A DNA stretch of 64,000 nt from a virus. Taxonomy: Duplodnaviria; Caudoviricetes. Positions 47,981 to 57,430 of this stretch are shown here, in pieces. How positions within the stretch are numbered: the first letter of the stretch is position 1; the number at the start of each line of letters is the position of its first letter. The stretch lies in the IMG/VR virus record IMGVR_UViG_3300014204_000165, positions 12,606 to 76,605 of that record; one strand, given 5' to 3'. The notes under the pieces are model-generated. The model was not told the DNA's origin. It did not search any database and was given only the letters and a program-made list of their open reading frames with translations. A program made the translations under genes and the position numbers.

Positions 47981-48031
47981 TTAATCATATTGGAAGGTAA
48001 AGTTCTGGGTTTTACGATCTGCTTGGCGTAA
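47981..48031 (-). promoter_or_regulatory. Conserved bipartite late-operon motif, copy 3
   Basis: TTAATCATATTGGAAGGTAAA-N7-GTTTTACGATCTGCTTGGCGTAA; both boxes identical to copy 1. Confidence 0.7.
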
Positions 48032-48074
48032 AGTATTTATCCTAGTAAAATCATTAAGTAAAAGGCGATGCAAA

Positions 48075-48308
48075 TTGAAATACATTCAACTATATCCAAA
48101 TGCCGATCGTGCAGAAGATTTAGGCAGTTCCTTGATGCACTTCCGGTATATACATGGACCTTGTGATAATTGTGGTCACGATACGCACTTCGTTGACCTT
48201 GATATTGAGAGATTTGTCTGCTCAGAAGAATGCAGAAAAGCAAGCATAGAAAAAGCGAACCAAAAAGTATTTAATAATGAAAGTCTAACACTAACTATAG
48301 ATTTGTAG
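48075..48308 (+). CDS. Small Zn-binding protein
   Basis: CDNCG...CSEEC. Confidence 0.55.
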   Translation: MKYIQLYPNADRAEDLGSSLMHFRYIHGPCDNCGHDTHFVDLDIERFVCSEECRKASIEKANQKVFNNESLTLTIDL

Positions 48309-48319
48309 GAGTGAATTAA

Positions 48320-49051
48320 GTGACAGTATTAGGATGCAGAAAAGCCCGACCAACCGGAAGGGCATTAGCTCGCGCATTGCAAACTGACTATAGTGAGCAA
48401 GGTATCAGAGGGGAAGGTATAGTCTTACGTTATGGGAATGCTTCTCTACCCGATCCAGAGGATATGAATATAATTAATAAGTTGGAAGCCGTTAGGACCT
48501 CATCTAACAAGCCCAGGTGCAAGAAACTCCTTATGGAGCATAATATCCCGACGCCTAAACTAATCCCTTGGGACCAGGCCCTACGCGGCGATATAACCTT
48601 TCCTATAATCGTGCGCAAAAACACCCATTTTCAGGGTAAATTCTTCTATGTTGTGAATAACTTACAGGAACTAAGGAGGTTCGATCCAGCAGGACATTAC
48701 ATCCAAGAAAAGGTTGAAAAAATCGATGAATTTAGGCTCTTCATTCTGAAAGATAGAATTATCGAGGCGTCTCTTAAAGAATGTCCTGCACCAAACATTA
48801 TGATCAGGAATCATCAGGCTGGCTGCTTCTTCAGGTGGGTAAGAGTCGCTGACATAAATTCAGAATTAAAAAGAGCAGCCCGAGATTCCATCGAGAAGTG
48901 TGGCTTGGATTTTGGAGCCATAGATTGTGCAACCGTACGCAAACCAGATGGCAGAACAGGAGTAACAATCTTTGAATTAAATTCGGCTCCCGGACTTGTC
49001 CCACGCAAAGTAGATCTACTTGTAACAAAAATTCATGAACTTTGTATTTAA
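48320..49051 (+). CDS. ATP-grasp (RimK-like) ligase
   Basis: NKP.CK..L....IPTP, FPII+RK..H.QG, YIQE, EFR+, LDFGAID, FELNSAPG. Confidence 0.9.
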   Translation: MTVLGCRKARPTGRALARALQTDYSEQGIRGEGIVLRYGNASLPDPEDMNIINKLEAVRTSSNKPRCKKLLMEHNIPTPKLIPWDQALRGDITFPIIVRKNTHFQGKFFYVVNNLQELRRFDPAGHYIQEKVEKIDEFRLFILKDRIIEASLKECPAPNIMIRNHQAGCFFRWVRVADINSELKRAARDSIEKCGLDFGAIDCATVRKPDGRTGVTIFELNSAPGLVPRKVDLLVTKIHELCI

Positions 49052-49066
49052 GAGGGTAAACTAACC

Positions 49067-49417
49067 ATGATAGAAAAATATAGATACTGGCATTTAATAC
49101 CAAAAACAGAATATGGACCATATACAACAGAGTTTGATGCAGGTAAACCTATTTCTAACGTCGAAGCAGTACCTATTCTAAAAAAGAGATATAGAATGAG
49201 CAGAGTTTCTGAGGTTATTGGACATAATGTTCCAATAAAAGAAATGCCTCAAAAGGAGGCGATTCTAACAGTAACTTTCCAAGTGAAAGTAAAATATCGA
49301 GATCCGAGAGGACTAGAAATAGTAAAGGAAAGTCTTAAAGAAGATCCTGGATTCGGAACAGATTGGTGTGAGATGGTTACTGCTCATCCTGTTAAAAAGA
49401 GTATTATTGTAGAATAA
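49067..49417 (+). CDS. Hypothetical protein
   Basis: 116 aa following the ATP-grasp gene. Confidence 0.55.
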   Translation: MIEKYRYWHLIPKTEYGPYTTEFDAGKPISNVEAVPILKKRYRMSRVSEVIGHNVPIKEMPQKEAILTVTFQVKVKYRDPRGLEIVKESLKEDPGFGTDWCEMVTAHPVKKSIIVE

Positions 49418-49627
49418 TTTAACTTTTTTATAAAACCTTTCTTATTTTCAACCGTAAGTTATATATTCTCAAAGGTACTAGTATTGTATTGGAGATGAGT
49501 TAAAATGACATATCCGATTTGGGTTGGAGCAACAAAGTTCGCTTACACCATAAATCTAACATATACTCTTATTAGTGTTAATACTATATAAAGTCATGCT
49601 ATAAAAAAGTTAAATTCAGTTCTGCTT

Positions 49628-50326
49628 TTATCCACACATCCCTCCTCCTGGCAACGCCCTATTCGGAGTATCCTCATCGTAATACTTGTCCAAGAAATCA
49701 TTATAGGCTTTGTGCGTTCCAACACCCCCTTTGCACTTACCTACGTTCTTGTTGTTGTATACGTAACTTACCCTTTTGTACCCGTCATTTGAGAATAGGA
49801 TGCCACGTTCATTCTCAAAGGAACCCCAACGAGTTATAACACCTGTTGGATCCACGACTACGAACTTACCGCTCAGAAGATTCAAGACTTCATCTCCCAG
49901 AGTCGCGACCATTATTGCAGCCATTCTAGTATCGTTCATGGGGCCCTTTGGCATCTCGATTTGTCCGCTGGTCACCATGTTCATGGTTAAGGTCATCCAG
50001 TCAAAGATCACTCCATTATGGAACAATACTGGTACTTCAACTTGATCATTTACTACTAATTCGCTATGTTCGTCTATGTTAAATGGATGGCAAAGTTCTT
50101 GACTAACTCCTCCGGATGTTGTGGTCCTGAAATGTACTACATGAGGTAAGACATTCATATCGGCATATGCCTCGATAAAGTCTTCCTCGGTCATATGACC
50201 CTTGTTAATCCTGACCTTATCATGCCAAGCATAAGCAAATCCTGCTCCATCACTATTGTTCGTGAAGCAGTTATGAATTTCCCAATTAGTCAACTTCCGA
50301 TCTTTACAAATTGCTATTATACACAT
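49628..50326 (-). CDS. Class II (Ntn) glutamine amidotransferase
   Basis: SD-led MC start (N-terminal Cys nucleophile), NSDGAG, HFR.TT.G, CHPF, FHNG. Confidence 0.9.
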   Translation of the reverse strand: MCIIAICKDRKLTNWEIHNCFTNNSDGAGFAYAWHDKVRINKGHMTEEDFIEAYADMNVLPHVVHFRTTTSGGVSQELCHPFNIDEHSELVVNDQVEVPVLFHNGVIFDWMTLTMNMVTSGQIEMPKGPMNDTRMAAIMVATLGDEVLNLLSGKFVVVDPTGVITRWGSFENERGILFSNDGYKRVSYVYNNKNVGKCKGGVGTHKAYNDFLDKYYDEDTPNRALPGGGMCG

Positions 50327-50330
50327 ATTT

Positions 50331-51857
50331 TCACCTGCAATATTCATTTATATATGTTGTAATCCCGATTACTAGTTCTTGACCAAACAACGTACTGAAT
50401 CCCTCTGAGGTACGCCTATTGTAAGACAACCCAACTTGAAGGGTCCTACTAGATGCATTCCATACTGGATGTGGAATACTACTCACTACAGTTGTCTTGC
50501 TTGTCGGAATCGTACATAAATTTACGCCTCGTTGATGACCAAGACCATACATTTTTATAGTTATTGGCAAACTAACTTTGACTTTCTCGCTTATATACTT
50601 TTTGATCCACTGTCTTACGTAAGGACTCCACTTATCGCTGAATATTACAGTGACCAGTGGTGGTTTTACCTCGACTTGCTCAGCAACATGCCAACTAGCT
50701 TTTATACTTTTGGTTGGCTTATAGCCTGATATAAATTTTACGAAATAATTTGCCTGCTGTTTGGTCAAGCCACCCACATTAATGTAGTCTTGGATTGTGG
50801 GTCTGCTTTCGTATTCTAAAGTATGCTCCTGGAAGTACTTTTCACAGAGGTTTTGTACCAACCTTAGTGTAATATACGTGATTGCTGGATTCTGGAAGAC
50901 TGCACTTGGCGCTGTCCGGTACTCAAACCCATGAGGCTGGGTTCTAATTTGGCCAAGCTTCTTATATTCGTCTCGGGCAGTCCCGCTCAGTTCAATTACA
51001 GCCCTGCCCACAAAGTCATCCAAGATTTGGATTAGACCAGCATCTGGTCTCCAAGACCTACCAATCCCAACATGAATATGACCACCTAATGGATAATCAT
51101 CACCTTGGTCGGATAGGTCATATTGGCTGTACTTTTGGGAGAATTTTTTAAACAACTTTTTAATGTTGCTTACGACTTTTCTGGGATCACCTGCAGCTGG
51201 TCTTAATTCAACTTGATCGCCTGCTCCATCTACTCCAAGATCACTACCATCAGAATCTTCGTCGTCGTCCTCCCAACAATCCTCTATATGGTCCTCTGCA
51301 TAAAGGACCTCATTTCCACTGGTTGGATCTACTAATTCAAACTCTGGATCTGCTCCAATTGTAACTTTGTCAAACTCAATTTTCTTGGTCTTTGTCCTCT
51401 TATCTTGACTAATCGGGGTCAAGTGAAGTTTTTGCACAAGTCGTGGCCAAATTTCCCGGAAGGTTGCCACCGTCTCTTCATTATGGGTCCAATCAGTAGC
51501 CAATATCGTATTTATCCTAGACAAGTAATAACCAGCAAATTTCCCATTTACTCGGATAACAATTACTGGTTCTTGTCCATCATACACATTCATATTCATG
51601 TTTTCATAGAATATTTCATCTCGAACATTCACATGATCTATGTTGATTTCGCCCATCCTGGTTATACCCAACCGGAACCTCGGATATGTGTATAGCCCGT
51701 TTTCTACCAGATCATCCCGCCCATATAAGGTATAGTGTGACCTGTGCACCGCGAAGTATGCACTAGTTTCTGCTACAATTGATGACATTTCTTCAGCCAA
51801 ACTGTTGTGATTCTCTAAAGAAATAAATGGGTGTTGGCCTACTACTTTTTTCTTCAT
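50331..51857 (-). CDS. phiEco32-like COOH-NH2 ligase type 2, paralog 2
   Basis: IGADPEFE, G.DG...ELRP, LGGHIHVG, GFEYRT. Confidence 0.88.
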   Translation of the reverse strand: MKKKVVGQHPFISLENHNSLAEEMSSIVAETSAYFAVHRSHYTLYGRDDLVENGLYTYPRFRLGITRMGEINIDHVNVRDEIFYENMNMNVYDGQEPVIVIRVNGKFAGYYLSRINTILATDWTHNEETVATFREIWPRLVQKLHLTPISQDKRTKTKKIEFDKVTIGADPEFELVDPTSGNEVLYAEDHIEDCWEDDDEDSDGSDLGVDGAGDQVELRPAAGDPRKVVSNIKKLFKKFSQKYSQYDLSDQGDDYPLGGHIHVGIGRSWRPDAGLIQILDDFVGRAVIELSGTARDEYKKLGQIRTQPHGFEYRTAPSAVFQNPAITYITLRLVQNLCEKYFQEHTLEYESRPTIQDYINVGGLTKQQANYFVKFISGYKPTKSIKASWHVAEQVEVKPPLVTVIFSDKWSPYVRQWIKKYISEKVKVSLPITIKMYGLGHQRGVNLCTIPTSKTTVVSSIPHPVWNASSRTLQVGLSYNRRTSEGFSTLFGQELVIGITTYINEYCR

Positions 51858-53458
51858 AGCAGTTGGCCACCTTCGCGAATAAGATATTCGATTATCATTT
51901 GGCGGACAGTCCTCACTATTTCTCTCCGTCTTGAACTACCCATGTCCAAGCGTCGATTACGCGAAACTCCTACATTCAGAACATTTCCAGACCAATGCGG
52001 TTTTGGCAAGCGTTCCGTGGGTATCCTATCAAATCCTGATACCGCCAGTGTGCACCTATCTGAACCACGTTCCTCACTCAGGCCATAGAACGAAATCGTG
52101 ACGGGAATACTTGGATTAATCGCGTCAATGATTTCGTCCATAAGAATCTGAGAAGTTCCTGGAGCCCACTCATCGTGGAACTCTACTACAATATTGCTCC
52201 TATCAATCACTCCTATGGGAGCGGGCTTAACGTGCCATGCAGATCTCAATGAGGTTTCTGGCTTATACTCATTAATGAATTTCATGAAGTAGGTGGCTTG
52301 TTTTTCGGTTAGCCCGCCAACATCCACATAATTTTGGATGGTAGGTCTCTCCTCATACTTAAGTTGCTCCTGATTGAAGTACTTCTCGGACAGATTTTTC
52401 GCAAGCTTAAAGACAATATATGCAATCTGTGGGTTCTGGTAGACGGCTGATGGCGGAGTTCGATACTCAAAACCATGAGGCTGTGACCGATGTGCCCCCA
52501 ACTGTTTGTAATTTTCGCGGGCGCTTCCACTCAGTTCCAGTGTGGGTCTTCCAATAAAGTCATCTAGAATCATGCAGAGTTCGCGATCAATTTCCACAGA
52601 TTGCCCGACTCCTACGTGAATATGTCCTCCAAGAGGATAGTGATTTCCACCATCTGTCAGGTCAATATTCTCGTATTGAATAGCAAACTTTTTCATAAGA
52701 TCGCGAATGTTTTTCACTACCTTACCAGGATTTTTAGAAGGCTGCGGACGAACTTCTACCTGAGCACAAGATCCATCGAGACCAATTTCCGTATGGGACG
52801 ACGTTGCATTATCACGATTTACAATGGTGTCTGCCCGCACAATCCGACCATTTTTCACTGTCTCGAATTCGGGATCACAACCAATTGTTACCTCGATTCT
52901 TTTGGCTTTTGGTCCGCTTCTTTTCTCGGCAGAGAAACTGTCCTCACATACTGGAATACTAAATGCTTCAACAAATTGTGGCCAAGCATATGCCAGAATC
53001 ATGGTCATATACTGGACATGCCAAGTCCAGTTAGTCGTGAGCCAAGTATTGAGTCTGGGCAGATAATACCCCACTATATGTCCATTGATTTTGGCAACTT
53101 GGGCCCGTTCCCCAGAAAGGCTGTTCTCAATTACAGTCTTACTCATACAATATAGTTCAGTCTCGCTTTCTGGTCTGCTAAGATGCTCGGCCATACCCTC
53201 GTACATGCCAGGTAGGTCATTTGGGATGCTCATATTATACTCCCCGATCACGTTTAGTGAAACGGTGCCCTGGCAATCTACATATATTGTATTGCGCTGA
53301 AGTGGGCCATTAATCCTATCGTAACACTTTACTGCGTGAATATGGTCCTCTACTATGGGAATAATGTTCTCTGCGTACGGATTCAACACACAATCTGCGT
53401 TGCCAACTTGTTTGCGCTCGGAACTTCTCGGAGCTTTGCCTTTAATTTCTCTCATCAT
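51854..53458 (-). CDS. phiEco32-like COOH-NH2 ligase type 2, paralog 1
   Basis: IGCDPEFE, GLDG...EVRP, LGGHIHVG, GFEYRT. Confidence 0.88.
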   Translation of the reverse strand: MMREIKGKAPRSSERKQVGNADCVLNPYAENIIPIVEDHIHAVKCYDRINGPLQRNTIYVDCQGTVSLNVIGEYNMSIPNDLPGMYEGMAEHLSRPESETELYCMSKTVIENSLSGERAQVAKINGHIVGYYLPRLNTWLTTNWTWHVQYMTMILAYAWPQFVEAFSIPVCEDSFSAEKRSGPKAKRIEVTIGCDPEFETVKNGRIVRADTIVNRDNATSSHTEIGLDGSCAQVEVRPQPSKNPGKVVKNIRDLMKKFAIQYENIDLTDGGNHYPLGGHIHVGVGQSVEIDRELCMILDDFIGRPTLELSGSARENYKQLGAHRSQPHGFEYRTPPSAVYQNPQIAYIVFKLAKNLSEKYFNQEQLKYEERPTIQNYVDVGGLTEKQATYFMKFINEYKPETSLRSAWHVKPAPIGVIDRSNIVVEFHDEWAPGTSQILMDEIIDAINPSIPVTISFYGLSEERGSDRCTLAVSGFDRIPTERLPKPHWSGNVLNVGVSRNRRLDMGSSRRREIVRTVRQMIIEYLIREGGQLL

Positions 53459-53490
53459 TTAATTACCTCCAAACAGTTACTTTAAAAGTG

Positions 53491-53619
53491 TAGTATAAAT
53501 AGTTTTTGGCTCGCAAATTTTGAATATAAAGTTATAGCCAAAAAGTATATATTCTTGAAGTACTAATGTGGAAAATAGCATAATGTTTAAATATGGGCTT
53601 GTCCAAAACCTTTAAATAC
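53491..53619. promoter_or_regulatory. Divergent BRE-TATA promoter pair
   Basis: Minus CCAAAAACTATTTATAC (about 53491-53509); plus CCAAAACCTTTAAATAC (53603-53619). Confidence 0.6.
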
Positions 53620-53678
53620 TTAAAACAATTGATAACTCAGTATGCCTGATCTTAAAGAATTTACCAAGGAGTAAAATA

Positions 53679-53963
53679 ATGTCCGAAAATAATAACGAAC
53701 TAAAAATAATCCTGGAAGGAATACAATCTGGTAGACTCCAAGTTGAGTCTTTACAGAAAAGAGAAATGACCAAAAAGAAGACAAAATACACTATAATAGT
53801 AAGTGATCAAGCAATACCAGAAAAGCAGAGCAAAGCCAAGAAAATTATAACTAAGAAAAAAGAAATTTTGCAAGAAAAACCAGTCGAAAAGAAACCAGAT
53901 ACAATTCCTGTACCAGCTGTTAAGCCCTTGATGGCCGATATTTCCAGAGTAGGTGGCTACTGA
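53679..53963 (+). CDS. Lys-rich hypothetical protein
   Basis: 94 aa, SD AGGAG. Confidence 0.6.
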   Translation: MSENNNELKIILEGIQSGRLQVESLQKREMTKKKTKYTIIVSDQAIPEKQSKAKKIITKKKEILQEKPVEKKPDTIPVPAVKPLMADISRVGGY

Positions 53964-54355
53964 TGCCGACCACCTGGACAGACATTAGTAATGTTCGTCA
54001 TTGGTATTCATCTGGTAATGTTAATACTAATTGGGACACAGGGTACACCACTTATTACCCAGATCCACTGCATGTAAAAGAAACTAATCTAATAGCCGAA
54101 CTTAACCGCCTAATTGATCACTATCATTCTGTTGATCATATTTCCATAGCAGAGACCTTGGAAAATGCCCGCCGAAAAGGAGACTGCTCTGAATCAAAAT
54201 ATCGCTGGATTTATGATCAAATTAGAAGACCAGTTCCAGGAGATATTGTGTTTAGGGGTGCAAATTGTCAACAAAATCCATGTATTATACCAGTTGAAGT
54301 TCAGTGGCATTATGAAGAGGTCTGGCCATGTCCGACATTCCCGAAGCAACACTAA
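53963..54355 (+). CDS. Hypothetical protein
   Basis: 130 aa, TGATG overlap. Confidence 0.55.
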   Translation: MPTTWTDISNVRHWYSSGNVNTNWDTGYTTYYPDPLHVKETNLIAELNRLIDHYHSVDHISIAETLENARRKGDCSESKYRWIYDQIRRPVPGDIVFRGANCQQNPCIIPVEVQWHYEEVWPCPTFPKQH

Positions 54356-54561
54356 ATAAAATAGCCAACCTAGCAAACGCACTTGGATGTACTAATATAA
54401 AATTGGCCCAAATGCTCAAGGAACTTAAGCAACAAGGCGAAATATCAAATTTTTCTATCTACAATAAGCATATTTGGGTCTATCCTTACACTGGAAATGG
54501 TAAACTTATGGTGTTTGGACACTACGATAATGAAGGTGCTACTCCAATATGTCATGGTTAA
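54328..54561 (+). CDS. Hypothetical protein
   Basis: 77 aa, SD GAGGT. Confidence 0.5.
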   Translation: MSDIPEATLNKIANLANALGCTNIKLAQMLKELKQQGEISNFSIYNKHIWVYPYTGNGKLMVFGHYDNEGATPICHG

Positions 54562-54707
54562 ATATTATTTTTTTTATAATTTTTGTCCAAACTGTCTGAT
54601 TCCTCTTCTAATAACTCTTTATATTTTGCCAAGCAATTTGGACACATCCAATTAGACTCATTGTAAAGCAGTTCACAATCTGTGCATTGGAAATAACCAA
54701 GAGTCAT
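54558..54707 (-). CDS. Small zinc-ribbon protein (not in ORF track)
   Basis: 49 aa MTLGYFQCTDC...CPNC. Confidence 0.5.
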   Translation of the reverse strand: MTLGYFQCTDCELLYNESNWMCPNCLAKYKELLEEESDSLDKNYKKNNI

Positions 54708-54759
54708 ATATAGTACCTAACCCTATACTCAAAACATTAAAATCAATATTGGTAAGTTG

Positions 54760-55030
54760 ATTTGACCTACCTTCAAAATAATTCCTACTTAAGAGGGTTT
54801 AACAAGCTTTTTTATTTCTAATTATTTTCTATTTCTTCTCTATTACTATATATCTATTACTTACTAATACTGATTTACTACTAATATAACTATATATTAC
54901 TACTCTATTACTCTTTATATACTATAAAATAAAGTATAAATAATAATAATAAACACTAATAATTTTAGTTAAAATCAATTACTAGCAAATGAAAAATATT
55001 AATTATATAAAATTATAGTAATAAATATAC
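54760..55030. repeat. AT-rich element copy 2 (inverted)
   Basis: Same 30/30 and 45/46 blocks as 730-1000. Confidence 0.85.
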
Positions 55031-55177
55031 TAACTTATGACCAATAAGTTTAAATACTATTAGGTCCACTTACTTATTGTTGAGTTAAAGTTTGAACAAG
55101 AAAGACACGACCAAAAGGCTTAAATAAGATAAGCACTAAGTAGTGTTTGTTAAAAAGCAAAACTGGAGGAAAACAAA

Positions 55178-55621
55178 ATGTCCAACTACAAGACAATCGG
55201 AGCGATTCTTGTAATCGCTATGTTGAGCATGGTGACTGCAACTGCTGAGGAAACAGATACCGTTGGTATGCCAGATCCAATTGGGTCCAAGATCATAATG
55301 AAGGCAACACCAAACAGCATCACGATCATGAATTTGGGCACTACCCCGCGTGACATCGGTGGATTCCGACTGATCACTAAGGAGTCTAATGGGAACGGAG
55401 CCTTCAATGCAGTAGATGTTGCCAAACTGCCTTATACTAAGGTTCTTGCTGGTAATCCATATCCCGAAGCCACAGACGGTTACGACGAAGTTCAGCCTGG
55501 CTACTTCAAGTATGCAGTAACTGTACCTGCTAAGGATTCCTGTGGATGTCCGCTCGAAGTTGGTACCAAAGTATATCTTACCAATGGCGTAGGCACAATT
55601 GCTACGGCAGTTGTAGCCTAA
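55178..55621 (+). CDS. Secreted protein with lamin-tail-domain-like fold
   Basis: Signal peptide; ITIMNLGTTPRDIGGFRL motif. Confidence 0.6.
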   Translation: MSNYKTIGAILVIAMLSMVTATAEETDTVGMPDPIGSKIIMKATPNSITIMNLGTTPRDIGGFRLITKESNGNGAFNAVDVAKLPYTKVLAGNPYPEATDGYDEVQPGYFKYAVTVPAKDSCGCPLEVGTKVYLTNGVGTIATAVVA

Positions 55622-55983
55622 ATCTTTTTTATATATTCACTTACAAAAAGCAATAGTAATGCTACAAGCAACGCCCACATAAACTTGATCTGGGTTTGGA
55701 TACTAACAATTGTGGCATTTCTATTCGACAAGGCTAAATTTATTTTCTCATCGACATCCTTTGCTGTCGTGAATGTTGTTGCTTGTTTACCTAACTGATC
55801 GCGAAAATTGTTCATTTCGTCGAGCCGCTTTTCCAACTCAGTTTTGGTATCATGCAAAAGACGTTCGGATTTTTTATACTCTTCTCGTAGGGCATTTATT
55901 TTTAGGTCAACTTTTTCCTCTAATTGTAAGATTACTCGATCAATAAATGCGATTATATCAAGAGTAATTTCATTTGGAGTCAT
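55618..55983 (-). CDS. Coiled-coil protein with C-terminal TM
   Basis: Heptad region followed by MWALLVALLLLFV. Confidence 0.65.
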   Translation of the reverse strand: MTPNEITLDIIAFIDRVILQLEEKVDLKINALREEYKKSERLLHDTKTELEKRLDEMNNFRDQLGKQATTFTTAKDVDEKINLALSNRNATIVSIQTQIKFMWALLVALLLLFVSEYIKKI

Positions 55984-55984
55984 A

Positions 55985-56308
55985 TTAAGCGTAAAATAAT
56001 CCAGTTGAGTTTGTTAAATTTAGCGTCCAATTGTCATACAAGAAGGCGGCTTGATTCTGCTCCACGATTAATTGTTCGGCATAAAAATCATGGTAAACTT
56101 CCTCGGCTTTTGACTCCAATAGGTTATTTGCATCACTGACTTGCTCTGGTGGAAATATTATTGGATGTTCTTCTCCAACACTAACTGGATTAGGTACTGA
56201 TTCTAGTGGAGGTGATAAAACGACTTCTGAAGGGACACCTAAACTAGGTAGTAAATCTTGTGCAACTGCCCCCGAAATTAATAAAAATAAAACAAATCCC
56301 AACTTCAC
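55985..56308 (-). CDS. Secreted acidic protein
   Basis: Signal peptide MKLGFVLFLLISGAVA. Confidence 0.6.
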   Translation of the reverse strand: MKLGFVLFLLISGAVAQDLLPSLGVPSEVVLSPPLESVPNPVSVGEEHPIIFPPEQVSDANNLLESKAEEVYHDFYAEQLIVEQNQAAFLYDNWTLNLTNSTGLFYA

Positions 56309-56432
56309 TCACATCATCTTCCAGATGTGAAGTATCTTGCCAGTTTCCTTAAAATACCTACAAACATAAACAAGTGATAATACTGCGATTAAAATAATCG
56401 TTAAGTATAACACTTGCAAAAAAGATAGCATA

Positions 56433-56768
56433 TTATTTTACCCCCATTAAATGCTGGTTCATAGCAAATAAGAGAGTCGCAACTACCAAGGCAACTGCCC
56501 TGATTATGTCCCATAGCCTCTGGCCCCAAGGTGTTTCCCACCAAGAAATTTTGGATTTAGCCTCGGCTTCACTTGCTATGCGACAGTCATTTAGAATTTT
56601 TAACTGAGCTAGTACATCTTCCATAGTTTTTTCGATTCTAGGTATTCCATGAGTATCAGATTCTACGGCACTGACTCGCTTGCCAAGTTCCTTGAGTTCA
56701 TCATCGTGTCTTCTAGAATCCGACTCTAATACTAATAGACGACCATCCAACGGAGTATCACCATTCAT
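56433..56768 (-). CDS. Coiled-coil protein with C-terminal TM (XhlA/holin-like)
   Basis: RL..LE...RVSAVE coiled coil plus IIRAVALVVATLLF. Confidence 0.65.
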   Translation of the reverse strand: MNGDTPLDGRLLVLESDSRRHDDELKELGKRVSAVESDTHGIPRIEKTMEDVLAQLKILNDCRIASEAEAKSKISWWETPWGQRLWDIIRAVALVVATLLFAMNQHLMGVK

Positions 56769-56775
56769 AGAACCT

Positions 56776-57411
56776 CTAAAATGGTACATTTCCTAAGTTA
56801 CTGCCCTTGAGTTGTGGATGTTGAGTTGGAATCAGTCTAGTAACATAATATGAAACCACGGCAATTACCGTAGATGCCGGAATACCAGGATATGCTCTCA
56901 ATGCCCAGCACAAATATAGTGAAAATATGCCTTGCCAGAGACCACCTGATAAAACTTCATAGGAAGTTTCACCTTCCAAGCAAGCGGCCCATAACCTACG
57001 ATTAGTTGTACTGTTGTCGGCAAAGCAGCATTCTAGAACAACATCCAAAACAGCCGTATATGGAATTTGACCGAGTATTGTCCATATCTCGTCATCTCGA
57101 ACAGGTTGCATATCAACTGAGACTATGCATTCATCGCGGCCGTCTAATTCGTCGCCATTGTCATCCGTAAGGTAGGCACCATGCCCGCTAAATACAAATA
57201 CAGCGGAATCATTTGGTCCAATGCTTAAAGCAAACGCATTCATAGCGGTTAGAATGTTTGCTCGCGTTGCACCTGCTTCTGTTAACTGGGTTATGGATGT
57301 GAAACCTCGACCCAGTAAAGTTGTATTCCAATTGGTTAGGTCGTTGGGTGGAGACCTTATCTGATAAGGTGAAGGATATGCCCCAATAGCGATAATTAAA
57401 GCTTTTTTCAT
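56776..57411 (-). CDS. Metacaspase (peptidase C14 family)
   Basis: KKALIIAI..Y, FVFSGHG (His), DE.DG.DECIV..D, VLECC (Cys). Confidence 0.9.
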   Translation of the reverse strand: MKKALIIAIGAYPSPYQIRSPPNDLTNWNTTLLGRGFTSITQLTEAGATRANILTAMNAFALSIGPNDSAVFVFSGHGAYLTDDNGDELDGRDECIVSVDMQPVRDDEIWTILGQIPYTAVLDVVLECCFADNSTTNRRLWAACLEGETSYEVLSGGLWQGIFSLYLCWALRAYPGIPASTVIAVVSYYVTRLIPTQHPQLKGSNLGNVPF

Positions 57412-57430
57412 GTTACACCCCGTAAAAAGT

